From assembly GCA_017500935.1 (NCBI GenBank), contig JAFVXW010000074.1:72131-136130 (forward strand): DNA of 64,000 bases, written 5' to 3'. The translations under genes were made by a program, and so were the position numbers. Positions 18,976 to 29,209 of the stretch are shown in pieces; the stretch's first letter is position 1; the number at the start of each line of letters is the position of its first letter. Origin of the DNA: Lachnospiraceae bacterium. Its GTDB lineage: Bacteria; Bacillota; Clostridia; Lachnospirales; Lachnospiraceae. The notes under the pieces are model-generated. The model was not told the origin of the DNA. It ran no database searches and worked only from the letters and a program-made list of their open reading frames with translations.

Positions 18976-19742
18976 AGCGCATAAAAGAGTTAAACTTCTA
19001 TCAAAAAGGCGTATTATTATTTCTTGCGGTCATGACTTTAATTTTTGCCGTGATTTATTCGGTGACGATTTCGAGAGAAGGTTTTGCATATAAGGATGTG
19101 ATTCTGGTTCCTGCACAGGAAAACGGGGAAATCGTTTATTCCGGTAAAATTCAGGGAAAACAGGCCTCTTTTACGGTCTCTGCAGATAATACGGTTGTAT
19201 TTAGGCATGGCGATAAAATCTATGGCCCCTATACGGTCAGAGAAGATTCCGGTGCAATTCCAAAAGACAGCGAGTTTAGAAATTCCATGAAAGGTGTGGA
19301 AGTATGTAAGGAAGAGGAAATCCTTTTTCGAGGCGGGAGCGTAAAATACGAAGGCGGTCTGCTGCTGTTTGATGAGGATGGAAGCTTTGAAAATACTTTG
19401 GTCACGGTTACGATGGCGAATGGCGTAACGCTGGATGAAAATGGAAATGTAGTGGATGAAATGGAGCCTTCGGTGACTGTTATTCTGGAATTGATTGATG
19501 AACCTGAAATGGTTCATAAAGGGCATTGGCTTGTATGGTTTTTCGGTGTGGTGATCTGTGCAGCTACAGCAATTTCTATTTTTTATGCAGATGAGATTTT
19601 CCGATTTCATATGGCTTTCCGGATTCAGAATCCGGATCAGGCAGAACCGTCAGATATGGAAATGGCTGGAAGATATATTTCATGGACATTATTGCCGGTT
19701 ATGGCGGTGATCCTATGGGTTATGGGAATCAGGATTATGTAA
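18972..19742 (+). CDS. Hypothetical membrane protein
   Basis: N- and C-terminal TM segments; coupled ATGA overlap. Confidence 0.7.
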   Translation: MKRIKELNFYQKGVLLFLAVMTLIFAVIYSVTISREGFAYKDVILVPAQENGEIVYSGKIQGKQASFTVSADNTVVFRHGDKIYGPYTVREDSGAIPKDSEFRNSMKGVEVCKEEEILFRGGSVKYEGGLLLFDEDGSFENTLVTVTMANGVTLDENGNVVDEMEPSVTVILELIDEPEMVHKGHWLVWFFGVVICAATAISIFYADEIFRFHMAFRIQNPDQAEPSDMEMAGRYISWTLLPVMAVILWVMGIRIM

Positions 19743-19775
19743 TAATAATTTTTACAATTATACGGAGGCACAAAA

Positions 19776-20204
19776 ATGGAAAAATTATCAAGAGAAGCAG
19801 AACAGATCATGCTGGAAAGATTTGGCAAAGACAGTCTGATTGCATTGGCAACTACGGAAAATGGAAAGCCCTTTGTGCGCAATGTGGATTCTTTTTATGA
19901 AGACGGTGCTTTTTATGTACTTACATATGGAAAATCCAACAAAATGAAACAGATTGCTGAAAATCCGAATGTCGCAATAGCGGGAGATTGGTTTACTGCC
20001 AATGGAAAAGGTATCAATTTAGGATATTTTGGAAAAAAAGAAAACGAATGGATTGCCAACAAAATGCAGGTCGTGTTTGCAGAGTGGATCAACAATGGAC
20101 ATAACAATTTTGAAGATGAAAACACCTGTATTTTGAAGATTGAGCTTACCGACGGTCTGCTGTTATCTCATGGAACGAGATATGAGATTGATTTTACCAG
20201 GTGA
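19776..20204 (+). CDS. Pyridoxamine 5'-phosphate oxidase-like FMN-binding protein
   Basis: IALATT..P.VR, SNKMKQI..NPNVA. Confidence 0.85.
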   Translation: MEKLSREAEQIMLERFGKDSLIALATTENGKPFVRNVDSFYEDGAFYVLTYGKSNKMKQIAENPNVAIAGDWFTANGKGINLGYFGKKENEWIANKMQVVFAEWINNGHNNFEDENTCILKIELTDGLLLSHGTRYEIDFTR

Positions 20205-20213
20205 TCTTAGAAG

Positions 20214-20660
20214 ATGAACAGCAGAGTTATTAATGAAGATATTCAGCTTGTACCGTATTATCCCAACTACAAAACTGCACTGAAATGGTATCAGGACCCG
20301 GAATTATGCAGACAGGTAGATAACAGAGATCAGGTATATGATCTGGATTTATTAAAAAGAATGTATCGATATCTGAATACGCACGGAGATTTATTTTATA
20401 TCAAATACAAAAACAGATTGTGCGGTGATGTATGTCTGCAGCCGGATGGTGAAGTAAATATTGTTATAGCAAAACCTTTTCAAAATAAACATATAGGAAG
20501 AATGGCTATGCATGAAATCATCCGAATGGCAGCGGAAAAGAAGATTCCGGAACTGCATGCAGTAATTTATTCTTTTAATGTGCAGTCACAGAGGATGTTT
20601 GAAAGTGTCGGGTTTATTAAAACTGATGATGAGAAATATGTATTGAGTATAAAGAAATGA
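20214..20660 (+). CDS. GNAT acetyltransferase
   Basis: FQNKHIGR, N..SQRMFESVGF. Confidence 0.82.
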   Translation: MNSRVINEDIQLVPYYPNYKTALKWYQDPELCRQVDNRDQVYDLDLLKRMYRYLNTHGDLFYIKYKNRLCGDVCLQPDGEVNIVIAKPFQNKHIGRMAMHEIIRMAAEKKIPELHAVIYSFNVQSQRMFESVGFIKTDDEKYVLSIKK

Positions 20661-20668
20661 TTTTTTCC

Positions 20669-20702
20669 GCCGTCACATCTTCAAGATGCGGCGGCATTTT
20701 TA
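20669..20702 (+). terminator. Intrinsic terminator
   Basis: gccgtcacatct-tca-agatgcggcggc then T-run. Confidence 0.55.
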
Positions 20703-20747
20703 TAAGCATTCGCGCCCATTTTTTATGATATGTATACTCCACTATCA

Positions 20748-20776
20748 TTGCCTCGCCTCTTTTTTCAGAGTATAAT
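20748..20776 (+). promoter_or_regulatory. Internal SigA promoter within the gene tract
   Basis: TTGCCT-N17-TATAAT. Confidence 0.55.
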
Positions 20777-20791
20777 ACAAACAGGTGATTT

Positions 20792-21271
20792 ATGATGATG
20801 ATAACGTTAAGAAACAGGACAGCAGATACTGTCCGCACTTATTTTGAAAAAGCAGACAGACCGGAAATAAAGCGTTTTTTGCCTCAAAAAGCAAAGACGG
20901 TGGAAGAGGCTTTGGCTGATTATGAAAAAACATTGAAGCCGGGAGCTTCCAGTTACGGCAGGACTATTTACGCCGATGATCAGTATATTGGTGATGTTTG
21001 GTGCTATTGTATCGATCAGAATGAGGAACCCAACTGCATGCTCAGCTTTTGTATTTTTGAGCCGGAATACTGGTCCAAGGGGATTGCGGCTGCTGCCGTA
21101 AAAATGTTTATGCAGGATATTTGTTTCAAATATGAGGTCAAAACAATCGGTGCATTTTGTTTCTCGAACAATTATGCGTCGGTAAAGGTTCTGGAAAAGA
21201 ACGGTTTTGAGCTTGTGGAAGAATTTGAGGAAGACGGAATTTGGTCAAAGTATTTTCAATATAACTGCTGA
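20792..21271 (+). CDS. GNAT/RimJ-like acetyltransferase
   Basis: YWSKGIA, N.ASVKVLEKNGF. Confidence 0.85.
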   Translation: MMMITLRNRTADTVRTYFEKADRPEIKRFLPQKAKTVEEALADYEKTLKPGASSYGRTIYADDQYIGDVWCYCIDQNEEPNCMLSFCIFEPEYWSKGIAAAAVKMFMQDICFKYEVKTIGAFCFSNNYASVKVLEKNGFELVEEFEEDGIWSKYFQYNC

Positions 21272-21288
21272 AAAGAGGAGGAACTTTT

Positions 21289-22083
21289 ATGCCGGTATTA
21301 AAAGGTCTGGAATGGACATTCGACACAGTTGCATCCACATATGAAAAAATGCGACCCGGATATGCGGAAGAATTGTACCGGACAATATTTGACTATATTT
21401 CGATTGATGAAAACAGCAACGTAGTTGAAGTGGGAAGCGGCGCCGGACAGGCAACAGCCCACGTATTAAAAACCGGATGCCGGCTGACAGCGGTGGAATA
21501 TGGTGAACAGTTTGGGGAGTTGTTAAAAAGTAAGTTTCAGGAATATCCGAACTTTTCAGTCATTACCGGCAAATTTGAAGAGACAGAACTGGAAGAAAAT
21601 ACCTATGATTTGGTGTTTTCTGCATCGGCATTTCACTGGGTTCCTGAAAAAATCGGATATGAGAAAGTATATTCTATTCTGAAAAAAGGCGGTGTTTTTG
21701 CGCGGTTTGCAAATCATCCCTATCGTGATAAAGGAAATCCGGAACTTTCCAAAGAAATTGATAAAGTGTATGAAGAATATTACTATAAATATCACAACAA
21801 AGAACGCAGACCCTTAATAGAATATTCGGAAGAAGATGCGAAAGACAGAGCCATGATCGCAGAAAAGTACGGATTTACAGATATCCGGTATGCGCTGTTT
21901 TACAGACAGCGTGTTTTTTCAGCAAAAGAGTATGTTCAGCTTCTGGGAACGTATTCCGATCATATTGCGATTAAGGAAAGCATCCGGACAGCATTTTTTG
22001 CAAAGATAGAAGAAGCAATCCATAATCATGGCGGTACGATCACCATTTACGATACGATGGATCTGCAGCTGGCGAGGAAGTAA
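21289..22083 (+). CDS. Class I SAM-dependent methyltransferase
   Basis: YEKMRPGY, VVEVGSGAGQAT, SAFHW. Confidence 0.88.
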   Translation: MPVLKGLEWTFDTVASTYEKMRPGYAEELYRTIFDYISIDENSNVVEVGSGAGQATAHVLKTGCRLTAVEYGEQFGELLKSKFQEYPNFSVITGKFEETELEENTYDLVFSASAFHWVPEKIGYEKVYSILKKGGVFARFANHPYRDKGNPELSKEIDKVYEEYYYKYHNKERRPLIEYSEEDAKDRAMIAEKYGFTDIRYALFYRQRVFSAKEYVQLLGTYSDHIAIKESIRTAFFAKIEEAIHNHGGTITIYDTMDLQLARK

Positions 22084-22084
22084 C

Positions 22085-22564
22085 ATGATCACATTTTATA
22101 AACCGGAGATGGAAGATTTATGGTTTAAGGAAACCATGCTGGGGGATGAACAGACCATGTCCTACAATCATGCCTATGGCGGCACGATCCCGTTTCCCAG
22201 AGAAAAATGGGCAGGCTGGTATGACAGATGGCTTGTAAATCATGAAAACAGGCGGTTTTACAGATACATAAAAGAAAACGATACGTTTCTGGGTGAAGCA
22301 GCGTATCATTTTGACGATGAAAAACAGAACTATTTGGCCGATGTGATCATATATGCTCCATATCGCGGAAAAGGCTATGGCCGCAGAGCATTGGAGATGT
22401 TGTGCGAAGCTGCAAAAGAGAATGGTTTGGATGTGATTTATGATGAAATTGCAGTTGATAATCCTCTGGTTTCATTATTTCTTAATTGTGGATTTGAGGA
22501 AGTACAGCGGACGGAAGGTACTGTTTTGGTAAAAAAGAAGTTGGGGAGGCTTTGCAATCTATGA
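22085..22564 (+). CDS. GNAT acetyltransferase
   Basis: YRGKGYGRRAL; start set to ATG 22085. Confidence 0.82.
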   Translation: MITFYKPEMEDLWFKETMLGDEQTMSYNHAYGGTIPFPREKWAGWYDRWLVNHENRRFYRYIKENDTFLGEAAYHFDDEKQNYLADVIIYAPYRGKGYGRRALEMLCEAAKENGLDVIYDEIAVDNPLVSLFLNCGFEEVQRTEGTVLVKKKLGRLCNL

Positions 22565-23004
22565 AGCATCAAAATTATGGCATGAGAGATATCACAGAAA
22601 AGGATTATGATTTTATCTATCAGGTAAAAAAGAATGCTTATCAAAAGTATGTGGAAATGAATTATGGCAGCTGGGACGAAGAACAGCAAAAAGCGTATTT
22701 TGGCCGATTTATGGAAGCGTACAAAGAGGGCGCATATATTATTACGTTTGACGGGCAGGATATTGGATTTTATAACGGATGCATGGAAGATGGCAGATAT
22801 GAGATCGGCAACATTTGTATCATTCCGGAATATCAAAACAGAGGAATCGGAACAGCCATTTTAAAGGATATTCTGTCTGCGCATGCGGATAAAGAAATTA
22901 CGATTCAATATTTTAAGCAGAATCCGGTGGGAAGGCTCTATGAAAGATTGGGATTTAAACCGGTTGGAGAGACTTCTTTTCATTATCAGATGGTGAAGGA
23001 GTAA
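22561..23004 (+). CDS. GNAT acetyltransferase
   Basis: IIPEYQNRGIGT, NP..RLYERLGF. Confidence 0.85.
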   Translation: MKHQNYGMRDITEKDYDFIYQVKKNAYQKYVEMNYGSWDEEQQKAYFGRFMEAYKEGAYIITFDGQDIGFYNGCMEDGRYEIGNICIIPEYQNRGIGTAILKDILSAHADKEITIQYFKQNPVGRLYERLGFKPVGETSFHYQMVKE

Positions 23005-23007
23005 ACG

Positions 23008-23607
23008 ATGAAAATCTACGATATTTCCCAGGAAGTGTTCAGCTGTCAGGTATATCCTGGTGACCCGATGCCGGAAAAAAAGATGATCAGTTTAATGGAA
23101 AATGGCGATTTGTATAATCTGACGTCATTTAGCATGTGCGCACACAACGGCACACATATAGATGCACCGTTTCATTTTGTGAAAGACGGAAAAACTGTGG
23201 ATGAGATAGACTTAGATGTTTTTGTGGGAATGGCTTATGTGGCAGAACATCAGGGGATTGTCACAGGAGAGGATGCTGCTCAAATAATTGAAAAAGCGAA
23301 AAAGCAGAACCCGGAAGCAACAAAGAGAATTTTAATAAAAGGTAATGCCGAAGTATCATTAGAGGCAGCAAAGATATTTGCAGCTTCAGATATTTTGCTT
23401 CTGGGAAATGAATCTCAGACAGTTGGACCGGAAAATGCACCAATGGCAGTACATCTTGTGCTTTTGGGTGCCAATATTATCTTACTTGAGGGAATTCGCC
23501 TGGCAGATGTTTCAGAAGGTGTTTATCTGTTAAATGCGGCACCGCTGAATTTGTCAGGTACGGACGGTTCTCCATGCAGAGCTGTGCTGATTGATCTTTA
23601 TAGCTAA
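23008..23607 (+). CDS. Cyclase-family (kynurenine formamidase-like) metal hydrolase
   Basis: VYPGDP, HNGTHIDAPFHF, DGSPCRAVL. Confidence 0.88.
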   Translation: MKIYDISQEVFSCQVYPGDPMPEKKMISLMENGDLYNLTSFSMCAHNGTHIDAPFHFVKDGKTVDEIDLDVFVGMAYVAEHQGIVTGEDAAQIIEKAKKQNPEATKRILIKGNAEVSLEAAKIFAASDILLLGNESQTVGPENAPMAVHLVLLGANIILLEGIRLADVSEGVYLLNAAPLNLSGTDGSPCRAVLIDLYS

Positions 23608-23656
23608 GCTGTAATAGGTGAATCTGTTCAATGAGTTTGGATTTATGGGGTGTAAA

Positions 23657-24097
23657 ATGAATATTCGGAAGATGGCAATCGATGACTATGACGAGGTATA
23701 CGCTCTTTGGATGTCGTGTGCCGGAATGGGATTAAACAATTTAGATGACTCCAGAGAAGGTATCGATAAGTTCCTTAGGAGAAATCCGGATACGTGCTTT
23801 GTTGCAGAATATGATAATCAAATAGTGGGAGTAATAATCGTCGGTAATGATGGCAGAAGAGGTTACATTTATCATACTGCCGTAAATCCACAATATAGAA
23901 AACGTGGAATTGCCCGACAGTTAGTAGAAACTGCTATGCAAGCATTAAAGCAATGTGGAATAAATAAAGCTGCATTAGTTGTTTTTGAAAAAAATGAAAA
24001 CGGGAACGCCTTTTGGGAGAAAATCGGATTTACAGTTCGGGAAGATTTAGTGTATCGAAATAAAACGATAACTGAAATGATTAGAATAGATACATAA
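23657..24097 (+). CDS. GNAT acetyltransferase (YpeA-like)
   Basis: GNDGRRGYIYHTAVNPQYRKRGIA, FWEKIGF. Confidence 0.88.
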   Translation: MNIRKMAIDDYDEVYALWMSCAGMGLNNLDDSREGIDKFLRRNPDTCFVAEYDNQIVGVIIVGNDGRRGYIYHTAVNPQYRKRGIARQLVETAMQALKQCGINKAALVVFEKNENGNAFWEKIGFTVREDLVYRNKTITEMIRIDT

Positions 24098-24232
24098 ATC
24101 CAATCTCTGGAGGAAGTAGGTTTTTTATTATTTTTGCTGTCTTTGACGTTTCGTTTTATTGAACCAGTTTATAGCTCTGCGGGTTTTGGTTTCGTGTGTA
24201 ACAGTCAGATATAGAATTTAAAGGAGAAAAAA

Positions 24233-24740
24233 ATGGGGCATGCTATATTAGTCTGTGGTTTGAACGGAGCAGGCAAAAGCACTTGCCGAAAGATTAAATT
24301 ACCGCTTCATTGATATTGAAGATATATACTTTTCTGATCAAGACAATCCTGATTATCCGTATGAAAAATCCCGTTCTTATGAAGAGGTTGTATCATTGCT
24401 TACAAACATCGTAAATGGTGAAAATGACTTCGTCTTAGCATCGGTAACAGGTGGTTTCGGAGATGAATTTATTTCCCATTTGAAGTGCGTAATCTCCATT
24501 GAAGTCCCAAAGGAGATACGATTAAAGCGAGTATATGACAGGTCATACATGATTTTCGGTGAGAAAAGCTGTAAAGGCGGCGATTTTTACGAGCAAATCA
24601 AGTCGTTCCATAATTTTTGTGCTTCAAGAGATGAGAACTTAGTAAATGATTGGCTATCAAAAATAAGTTGTCCCATTGTTAGAGTGGATGGAACATTGCC
24701 GATATGTGATAATGTAAATCTAATTGCTGAAAAGTTGTAA
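24233..24740 (+). pseudogene. P-loop kinase/AAA protein, frameshifted just after Walker A
   Basis: MGHAILVCGLNGAGKST in one frame; LAERLNYRFIDIEDIYF continues in another frame from 24282. Confidence 0.75.
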
Positions 24741-24767
24741 AACAAATTGTATTGTTAGGGGCATTGT

Positions 24768-25079
24768 ATGTTTAAAGAAATTTCATTTCCTGAACATGAA
24801 TATGAATCGATTCAAAATTATTTAAAAAGACTGGGTTATTGTTATACCACAAGGGTATATAGAGAAATCGGAAAATATAAAGTCGGAGAATTATACATAG
24901 CCCCATGGGGAGACATTCTTAAAATAGATGAAGTTGAAATCTACTGGAAAGTCTCAGATCGTCCGTTCTATGTAGAAATGAGTGATGATGAAAAGACAGA
25001 AATCCGTAAATATTCTGAGGATATGGGATTACCTTATGAATTTATAAGATTTACTGTAATGGAGAAGAAACGTATATGA
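24768..25079 (+). CDS. Hypothetical protein
   Basis: 103-aa ORF with RBS, coupled to next gene. Confidence 0.65.
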   Translation: MFKEISFPEHEYESIQNYLKRLGYCYTTRVYREIGKYKVGELYIAPWGDILKIDEVEIYWKVSDRPFYVEMSDDEKTEIRKYSEDMGLPYEFIRFTVMEKKRI

Positions 25080-25741
25080 ATGCAAGATTATTAGGATTTT
25101 TCAGCGGATTTCCAACCCGTCATTTTACAGATAATATTGCAGCTGTTTTGAAAGAAGAGTTGATTGTTCGAGATAGTTTGGTTTTTATAAGTGCCCAACC
25201 GGACAACTATATACAGAATGATGAAGATTCTGATGGGATGCATAGGCTGTTTGTCGAGAAAAATATGCCGTTTGCAAATCATTGTGTGATTGATAATCGT
25301 ACAACAACAATGGAGGCAATAAGACTAATTCAGGAAGCAGATTGTATTTTCCTGATGGGAGGAAATGCAACATTGCAAATGAAGTTAATGTGTGACAAGG
25401 GGATAATTGATGAGATTTGTAAAAGTCATGCTGTAATATTAGGAGTGAGTGCAGGTTCTATGAATATGGGAAAGAATACAGTTGATATATATGAATCTGC
25501 AGCTCCTTATGAAGGCTTAGGATTTGCAAATCTTACTATTAAGGCGCATTACTCTGGGGCAGATGAATGGTTGGAGGCTTTGAAGTCGGTTTCTATGAAG
25601 CTTCCGGTATGTCTTATGACAGATGAAAGTGCTATTTTTATAAAAGGCGAAAGTGTTATGAAGATAGGCGAAATATATCGAATGGTGAATGGAGATATAT
25701 TTCCGATTACGCAAGAAAAATTGGAACAGATTCTGAAATAG
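25076..25741 (+). CDS. Peptidase S51 / class I glutamine amidotransferase-like protein
   Basis: IFLMGGN, GVSAGSM, YEGLG. Confidence 0.82.
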   Translation: MNARLLGFFSGFPTRHFTDNIAAVLKEELIVRDSLVFISAQPDNYIQNDEDSDGMHRLFVEKNMPFANHCVIDNRTTTMEAIRLIQEADCIFLMGGNATLQMKLMCDKGIIDEICKSHAVILGVSAGSMNMGKNTVDIYESAAPYEGLGFANLTIKAHYSGADEWLEALKSVSMKLPVCLMTDESAIFIKGESVMKIGEIYRMVNGDIFPITQEKLEQILK

Positions 25742-25811
25742 GATTATCGTTTTTGTTTACTATTTGATGGGTTCATTGAATAGACAAATAACAATTTGGC
25801 GGAGGCAGAAT

Positions 25812-26504
25812 ATGCGAGTAGGGATTATATGTGCAGGAGATAGAGAAGTTGCTCCTTTTTTACCAATAATATGTGAATGTAAATCAACCGAAAAAGCAAT
25901 GTTGAAATTTTATGAAGGAACGATAAGTAATACAGAAGTGGTTGTTTTATTTTCGGGAGTATGCAAAGTAAATGCAGCTATTGCAACACAAATATTAATT
26001 GATACATTTCGTGTAAATGTCATTATCAATGCAGGTACAGCAGGTGGAATGAATGAAAAACTTAAGATATTTGATACAGTAATTTCTACAGAAGTTGCAT
26101 ATCATGATGTTGCACCCAATATATTAACAGAATTTCATCCATGGTTAGAGACAGTATTTTTTAAGGCAGATCAAGAATTACTGAGGGTATCAAAAAATGT
26201 AGTTGATAAACTTGGACTGAGCCATAATGTTTTTTGGGGACGAATGGTAACAGGTGAAGCTTTTATAGCAGATGAGGGACGTGAAAAGATTAATGAGAAA
26301 TTTGAACCATTAACTGTGGATATGGAAACAGCAAGCATTGCTCATGTATGCTATGTAAACAATATACCTTTTATATCTGTTAGAAGTATTACAGATACGG
26401 CATCACATAGTGGTACAGAGCATTTTGAAGAAAATTGTGAAAAAGCTGCTGGAATTGCAAAAGAAATTACTGTGGCCTTATTGGCAGAACTTTGCAACAG
26501 ATAA
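25812..26504 (+). CDS. mtnN: 5'-methylthioadenosine/S-adenosylhomocysteine nucleosidase
   Basis: SGVCKVNAA, INAGTAGG, TGEAFI, VDMETA, RSITD. Confidence 0.85.
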   Translation: MRVGIICAGDREVAPFLPIICECKSTEKAMLKFYEGTISNTEVVVLFSGVCKVNAAIATQILIDTFRVNVIINAGTAGGMNEKLKIFDTVISTEVAYHDVAPNILTEFHPWLETVFFKADQELLRVSKNVVDKLGLSHNVFWGRMVTGEAFIADEGREKINEKFEPLTVDMETASIAHVCYVNNIPFISVRSITDTASHSGTEHFEENCEKAAGIAKEITVALLAELCNR

Positions 26505-26627
26505 CAAAAAGACAAATCCCAATTGTGTAAACATACAATTTAAGGGTTTCATTATCTGTTATAATTTATTATTAAATTCTTAGCAAACCCTTATAAATAC
26601 TAATTTTGTTAATTGAGGAGGTTCGTT

Positions 26628-27191
26628 ATGGAGGTTCGGGAATTACTGGATGCATTGTCTGTTGCAGAACGTTTAAAGGATACGACCAGACATTGCTATA
26701 CAACAAAGGGTCGTCATGAGAGTGTTGCAGAGCATAGTTGGATGATGACTTTGATGGCATTTTTTATGAAGAACGAATTCCCTGAAGCTGATATAAATAA
26801 AATAATTCAAATGTGTATTATTCATGACTTAGGAGAATGTTTTACGGGGGATATTCCTACTTTTGTTAAAACCAAGGAGCATGAAAATGCTGAGGCCTCA
26901 CTTCTTGATAATTGGATAAAATTGCTGCCGAATTCTACTAGAAACGAAATGATAAATCTATATAAGGAGATGGAAGAACGACAAACTCTAGAGGCTAAAA
27001 TATATAAGGCGATTGACAGTTTAGAGGCGTTGGTTCAGCATAACTTTTCTGACATATCAACATGGTCTGAAAATGAATATGAGTTAAATTTGACCTATGC
27101 ATATGATAGAGTAAGATTTTCAGATTATTTGACTTGTCTGAGAGAAGAAATTAAGAAAGATACCCTTGAAAAGATTGCAGCTAAAGAGTAG
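26628..27191 (+). CDS. HD-domain phosphohydrolase
   Basis: ESVAEHSW, IIHDLGE..TGDIP. Confidence 0.88.
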   Translation: MEVRELLDALSVAERLKDTTRHCYTTKGRHESVAEHSWMMTLMAFFMKNEFPEADINKIIQMCIIHDLGECFTGDIPTFVKTKEHENAEASLLDNWIKLLPNSTRNEMINLYKEMEERQTLEAKIYKAIDSLEALVQHNFSDISTWSENEYELNLTYAYDRVRFSDYLTCLREEIKKDTLEKIAAKE

Positions 27192-27355
27192 AAGAAACAT
27201 TCCGTTTAACGGAGAGTCGAATTCCAATTTTGTAACAGTTAGATAAACTTGAATTGACTGAGTTCTTTAGAGCGAGGGATGCTTCTTGTCCGAAGAGCAA
27301 GAAGGTGGGAGTGTAAGAGAAGAAAATAAATTTGAATTTGGAGGAAAGTACAGTT

Positions 27356-27808
27356 ATGGAAAAATATCAATATATTACGTTGAAAGAAAAGCCCGACTTA
27401 AAAAATTCTGCAGCGGAATGGTTTCACAGTAAATGGAAAGTTCCTGCAGAAGCCTATCTGGAATGTATGGATGCATATTTGCAGAATGAAACAGAATACG
27501 GATGGTATCTTTGTTTAGACAGCAATCAAATAATTGGAGGAATGGGTGTAATTGAAAATGATTTTCATGACAGAAAAGACCTAACACCCAATGTGTGCGC
27601 TGTTTATACAGAAGAAAAATATCGGTGTCAGGGTATTGCGGGAAATCTGTTAAACATGGTTGTTGATGATATGAAATCAAAAGGGGTATCACCAATTTAT
27701 CTTGTTACTGACCATATTGGATTTTATGAAAAATATGGATGGGAGTTTCTATGCATGGTTCAAGGTGATGGTGAACCCGATATGACAAGAATGTATATTC
27801 ACCAATAA
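27356..27808 (+). CDS. GNAT acetyltransferase
   Basis: VYTEEKYRCQGIAG, FYEKYGW. Confidence 0.88.
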   Translation: MEKYQYITLKEKPDLKNSAAEWFHSKWKVPAEAYLECMDAYLQNETEYGWYLCLDSNQIIGGMGVIENDFHDRKDLTPNVCAVYTEEKYRCQGIAGNLLNMVVDDMKSKGVSPIYLVTDHIGFYEKYGWEFLCMVQGDGEPDMTRMYIHQ

Positions 27809-27844
27809 ACTACATTTGACTGGAGAAATAGGGAGCACTAAGTT

Positions 27845-28213
27845 ATGAAGATAAAAAAGATTTCTCATGATTTTTCAGTATGTCAGGTGGAAGACTATTC
27901 ACTTGCCAATATAGACTCTGAGTATTGTTTTTTCGGAAAGACAGATGAAGAAAAGTCGCTGGTTTGCATTACAAGTGAAGTGCCTGAAAATGCTGTTCAG
28001 TGTGATGACGGCTGGAAGGCTTTCCGGATAGAAGGCGTTTTAGACTTTTCATTGATCGGAATATTGGCGAAAATTGCGGAACTTTTGGCCGATAACGATA
28101 TTCCCATTTTTGCCATATCTACCTATAATACGGACTATATTCTGATCAAAAAAGAAAACTACCAAAAGGGGCTGGATATTCTGGAAAAAGCAGGATATGA
28201 GATTAGCGATTGA
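27845..28213 (+). CDS. ACT-domain (CASTOR/DUF2241-like) protein
   Basis: TDEEKSLVC, LDFSLIGILA, FAISTYNTDYIL. Confidence 0.85.
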   Translation: MKIKKISHDFSVCQVEDYSLANIDSEYCFFGKTDEEKSLVCITSEVPENAVQCDDGWKAFRIEGVLDFSLIGILAKIAELLADNDIPIFAISTYNTDYILIKKENYQKGLDILEKAGYEISD

Positions 28214-28245
28214 TAAATTCCCAATTTTGATGAGGTGACTGGCAT

Positions 28246-28710
28246 ATGAAAATTGAAAAAAGGATTAAAACTTCATTTTCAGTAATTGGTAAAGAAGGAT
28301 CGACTTTGGAGGGGGATGGATTTATTCAGAAATTGTGGACGGATGCAAATTCTCATTTTGAAGAAGTTCAGCCGTTAGCCAAAAAAGATGAAAATGGTAA
28401 TTTAGCCGGTATTTGGGGCGTCATGTCTGATTGTACCCGTTCCTTCAAGCCATGGGAAGATAATTTCAGCAAGGGATTATATCTTGCGGGCATTGAATGT
28501 ATAGATGATGCACAGGCACCGGAAGGATGGACAAAATGGACAATTCCGGGATATGAGTACCTTTGTGCCGAAGTTGAAAGCGAAAGCACGTTTTCGGAGG
28601 TTCTGGACTATATGAATGCAAATAACCTCACCCTGGCAGGTGCTGTTCATGATTTTACCTGTCCGGCGAATGGGAAAAATTATATGTTTTTTCCGATAAA
28701 AACGGTTTGA
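28246..28710 (+). CDS. GyrI-like small-molecule-binding protein
   Basis: FSVIGKEG, LYLAGIE, APEGWTKWTIPG. Confidence 0.78.
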   Translation: MKIEKRIKTSFSVIGKEGSTLEGDGFIQKLWTDANSHFEEVQPLAKKDENGNLAGIWGVMSDCTRSFKPWEDNFSKGLYLAGIECIDDAQAPEGWTKWTIPGYEYLCAEVESESTFSEVLDYMNANNLTLAGAVHDFTCPANGKNYMFFPIKTV

Positions 28711-28730
28711 TAAATATTAATTGAAGGGAA

Positions 28731-29186
28731 ATGAAATTGAGTTGGACTTTCGGGAAAGCAGAGAAAAAAGATTTTCACAGAATCAACGAGTTGTTTGTAG
28801 AAATGCTGCAGACTATTTATCATACAGAGCAGGTTGACGGATATTCGGAAAATGCATTGAATAGATTTTTCGATGGTTGTGATGAATGGATCTGCACAGC
28901 AATTGATAACAACAGAATTATTGCATTCTTGTCCATTGAGGTTCATCACGAAGACAAAGAATTCGTCTATTTGGATGATTTTTCCGTAACAAAGCAGTAT
29001 AGGGATCATGGAATCGGCACGGAAATGATTCATAAGGCAGAGAATTATGCTAAGGAAATACATATTTCTACAATTCTTTTGCATGTAGAAAAGTCAAATA
29101 CTGCAGCTTTTCGGCTATATGAGCGATTGGGATATTGCGTGTATGAAGACCAGGGGAGCAGATATTTGATGATGAAAAATATTTAG
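28731..29186 (+). CDS. GNAT acetyltransferase
   Basis: YRDHGIGT, N.AAFRLYERLGY. Confidence 0.88.
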   Translation: MKLSWTFGKAEKKDFHRINELFVEMLQTIYHTEQVDGYSENALNRFFDGCDEWICTAIDNNRIIAFLSIEVHHEDKEFVYLDDFSVTKQYRDHGIGTEMIHKAENYAKEIHISTILLHVEKSNTAAFRLYERLGYCVYEDQGSRYLMMKNI

Positions 29187-29209
29187 GTAAATTAAGATTT
29201 GACGGAGTA

